A stretch of DNA of 63,750 nt, counting the filler, from Nemertoderma westbladi (taxonomy: Eukaryota; Animalia; Xenacoelomorpha): the NCBI GenBank assembly GCA_032718475.1. It is 3 parts of 3 records of this genome, joined end to end, with 100 filler letters (N's around TTAATTAATTAA, not from the genome) between each part and the next. Parts side by side here need not be neighbours in the genome. Positions count along the whole stretch, not along the records: positions 38,703 to 63,750 come from JAUCBJ010003964.1; 2 more parts are not named here. One strand, 5' to 3'. A program made the position numbers and the translations under genes. The notes below the pieces were generated by a model. It was not told where the DNA came from, did no database searches, and saw nothing but the letters and a program-made list of their open reading frames with translations. Below are positions 60,728 to 63,750 of this stretch, one piece after another (the first letter of the stretch is position 1; each line of letters opens with the position of its first letter).

Positions 60728-61999
60728 ATGGAGGGTTACGTCCCGGTGGCAAAAGAAGATACGCAAATGGGAATGACGAGAATGTTACCTGAAGAAGAAT
60801 ACGACGACTTTAGCCGAGAGCCGGATAATACCAACGGAAACGGGGGGCCAATACAAGTTGACGATGGTTACCAGTTTGTTAATTACAAGGGTGAGCCAGT
60901 AAGCAGTACAGGAGAAGTAGTCGCGGAACCAGTGAGAAGTAAGAATAATGCAGTCAGGCAACCAATAAGTAGTAAGGATGATACAGTCATGGAAAAGGAA
61001 CCAATAAGAAGACAGGGAGCTACTAACGAAGCAATCCTAATGCAGGAAAGTGCGAATATGGATAACTCACTGAAAACATCTGTAACTTACGACCATATCC
61101 AGGACACAAAAGTTCGATCGAAGTACCCCAAAATTCTGTGGGTATTGATATCAATTATTGGGATACTTATTCTAATTGTTGTCATAGCAACAATTGTTGC
61201 GACTATGGTTGCGAATAAAGGATTCCTTGCCGATAAACTTGATATTTTGGAACAATCAACCAACCAACAAATACAGATGCTGAATAAGGAAATTGTTAAG
61301 CAAAAAAACCAATACAACGAACTTGAGGTTCACCTTAAAGAAATATCGGATAAATTCAATGTACACCAGAATAAATTATGTTATGACCACCAAGAGAACA
61401 ATACCATTGCAATACAATACAGCCATGTTTTTAAAGACTGGGTCAGGTGTGAGACAACAGTCCCCAATGGACCATGGTTGGTAATACAAAGACGAATTAA
61501 TGGAAATGTCAAATTCAATGAAAATTGGGAACTTTATAAAAAGGGTTTCGGTGATGCGAATGAGTTTTGGTTAGGGTTACAATCCATGTACGAGCTTACA
61601 AAGGATGTCGGTTTAGTAATGAGAGTTGATCTGTGGTGGAATGGAATCTATAAATACGCTGAGTTTGAGTATTTTAGAGTTCAGTTTGCCTCTTCCGAAT
61701 ATAAGATGAATGTGTCTGGGTTTTCTGGTACAGCCGGCGATAGCTTAGCCTATCACAACGGCGCTTTCTTCTCTACTATTGATGACGACAATGACTACAC
61801 GGATAATGAGAACTGCGCGGATGTATTCCAGTCGGGATGGTGGTTTAGGGAATGCGATAAGTCGCTAAGCTACAAGCGGCAGTCCAACCTAAACGGCGTT
61901 TACGGTTTAGGGAATTACGAGGGGGTCTACTGGGAGACATTCACAGGGGCTGAGTCAGCAGACAAGGTGGAAATAAAACTCAATGTCCGCGGAATATAG
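60728..61999 (+). CDS. Intronless type II transmembrane fibrinogen-related-domain protein (FIBCD1-like architecture)
   Basis: ~135-aa hydrophilic N-terminus; TM ILWVLISIIGILILIVVIATIVATMVA; coiled-coil stalk; FReD motifs WLVIQRRINGNVKF..NWELYKKGFGD...EFWLGL, GTAGDSL.YHNG.FFST.D.DND, C.....SGWWF..C, SNLNG.Y. Confidence 0.93.
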   Translation: MEGYVPVAKEDTQMGMTRMLPEEEYDDFSREPDNTNGNGGPIQVDDGYQFVNYKGEPVSSTGEVVAEPVRSKNNAVRQPISSKDDTVMEKEPIRRQGATNEAILMQESANMDNSLKTSVTYDHIQDTKVRSKYPKILWVLISIIGILILIVVIATIVATMVANKGFLADKLDILEQSTNQQIQMLNKEIVKQKNQYNELEVHLKEISDKFNVHQNKLCYDHQENNTIAIQYSHVFKDWVRCETTVPNGPWLVIQRRINGNVKFNENWELYKKGFGDANEFWLGLQSMYELTKDVGLVMRVDLWWNGIYKYAEFEYFRVQFASSEYKMNVSGFSGTAGDSLAYHNGAFFSTIDDDNDYTDNENCADVFQSGWWFRECDKSLSYKRQSNLNGVYGLGNYEGVYWETFTGAESADKVEIKLNVRGI

Positions 62000-62201
62000 C
62001 GCTGTTGAATTACTCGTTACAAACTTTCGTATACTTTGAATTACTCGTGTACAACAGGACCAGGGACATTTAATTGCGTAAACTTAATTTAGTCAATATT
62101 AGTCCACGAATAAACATCGATACCCGAACGTTACGTTACGCTGTATGCATGAAACATGGTTGCCATTGCAACAATATGTAACATAATGCAACATAATGTA
62201 G

Positions 62202-62752
62202 TAATAGCTATTTACATACTTGTGTGTATAGTAGCACTTTACAGTGTGATGATCCGAGTGGCTTTGTTACACGAACGAGCGTAGTGAGTGAGTGAAAATA
62301 AAGCCACGAGGATCAGAACACTGTAAAGTACTTTGCAACAAGTATGTATGTAATTTTATTCCTATATGTTGCTGTATAAAATAAATGTAACAATGACATA
62401 AATTATGTTATAAAAAAGTTAGCTTATATTTATGGTGGCGTTTGGTTGGAGCCATGTTAATAGCTACTGGTTATTAATAGCTACCGCTAGGTAATGCAGT
62501 AGGCCTATTTAGCTGTCAGGCAATTAATTATAAATGCCACCTATTGTTTACGTGATAACCAATGCCGCCGTAACTTTACAGCTCGCCGTAATTGGTTACC
62601 ACATAAACAAGGGACATTACAACACCAATACAATGCTAATGTACAGGCCAATACAATGCTGCTGCTGTAATGTCCTCAATAGTTGTAAAGTGCTAATTAA
62701 CAACTTGCTGTTAATACTAACAGCGTTGAGTAATGTTACAATTTTGGAATAA
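62202..62752. mobile_element. Copy 2 of the hairpin-containing dispersed element
   Basis: Colinear with 31873-32474, with an internal deletion removing most of the left arm of the second inverted pair. Confidence 0.8.
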
Positions 62753-63170
62753 AATCCTACAGTTCAATTTATATTTTAACACTATATCACTCTATCTTTT
62801 ATTAAAGAATTGAGCAACGAAAAAGTTCAAATTTAAGAATAAAATTACATTACAAACATATTTGTTTTCAAAATAGTTGTTTTATTTTTTTCAGAACACT
62901 ATGCCTTGAGAATAGTGTAAAAACTTATATTTTTTCCCATTTAATAAATAATTATTAAAAACAATTAATTAGTAAATATTTTCAAAATAATTATTTTATA
63001 CAGCAAAATTAAAAGCATAGCTGTTCAATTAATGGAGAGGGACCCAACTACACTACGTTTGTCTATGGCCTATGGGCGGTCTTCTTATAGCCAGCTTGGT
63101 TTTTCTAGTTAATTAATAGGGCTGTCTTTGTTGATGTAGTCTAATGAGACATGGGGGGGGGGGGGGGGGG

Positions 63171-63227
63171 ACTGGACGCAAAAACCCGCCTTGGCGAATT
63201 AATATCCCGCCTCAATGGTAAATTCTC
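63171..63227 (-). repeat. Uninterrupted paralogue of the repeat into which the BEL element inserted
   Basis: Reverse complement gagaatttaccattgaGGCGGGatattaattcgccaaggcgggtttttgcgtccagt matches 4111-4132 joined to 13507-13540. Confidence 0.8.
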
Positions 63228-63750
63228 AATTTAGGTTATTTTAACCAAAACATAAACTAAACATAATATAATATAACAGGTTACAGTTTTATTTTTGAGA
63301 GTAATCAGCTGATATTTGCGTCGAATTTCCCCTGGAGAGGGAGGAATGTTTATTGCGCCCATCCCCCCCCCCCCCCCCCCCCCCTATCTGATTCTAATGG
63401 GTCCAATAATACTCCTAAAGCCAACTATCTATGTATTCCTTTGCCACAGCTGTCAATGAATGTCTAAATACATACATCGCGACAAAATAATGTCAAAAAA
63501 ACGAAATATATCGAATACCACATATAGGATCGATCTGAAATTTTGTAACGCGATTATGAACCACCAAAGTAATGTTCTTGCAAAATTTAATTAAAAACGC
63601 CAGGGAGGAAGTGCCTGAACCTGGATTATGATCAGTGAGTGAGTCAGTCAGTCAGTGTTATATAAGCTGAGATTTTTACAGTAAGTATCCCGCTGTCGAG
63701 CGGGCTCCTAATTACTCTTTTCCGGGAAAAAATTATAATCATTGCAACAC

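Overview
AT-rich, repeat-dense animal genomic DNA, most likely a bilaterian invertebrate (spliceosomal introns, glypican-type exons, CTCF-consensus motifs). Two artificial 100-bp scaffold gaps interrupt it. Most of the window is mobile DNA: a 5'-truncated RTE-type LINE; a delimited BEL/Pao LTR retrotransposon (4133-13501, ~98% identical LTRs, 5-bp TSD) that has lost protease/RT/RNase H but carries an unrecognised extra ORF in the env position; a Ty3/Gypsy RNase H-integrase fragment; a spliced THAP remnant; many nested non-autonomous DNA transposons with readable TIRs and TSDs; and several large satellites. Probable host genes are the last two exons of a glypican-like GPI-anchored proteoglycan (missed by the ORF track) and an intronless type II membrane fibrinogen-domain protein with an ITIM-consensus motif. 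A PWWP-domain ORF sits next to CACTG-type transposon ends. Most long ORFs in the supplied track at 20, 34-37 and 47-58 kb are translations of satellites. All family assignments come from motif recognition by eye; no searches were run.
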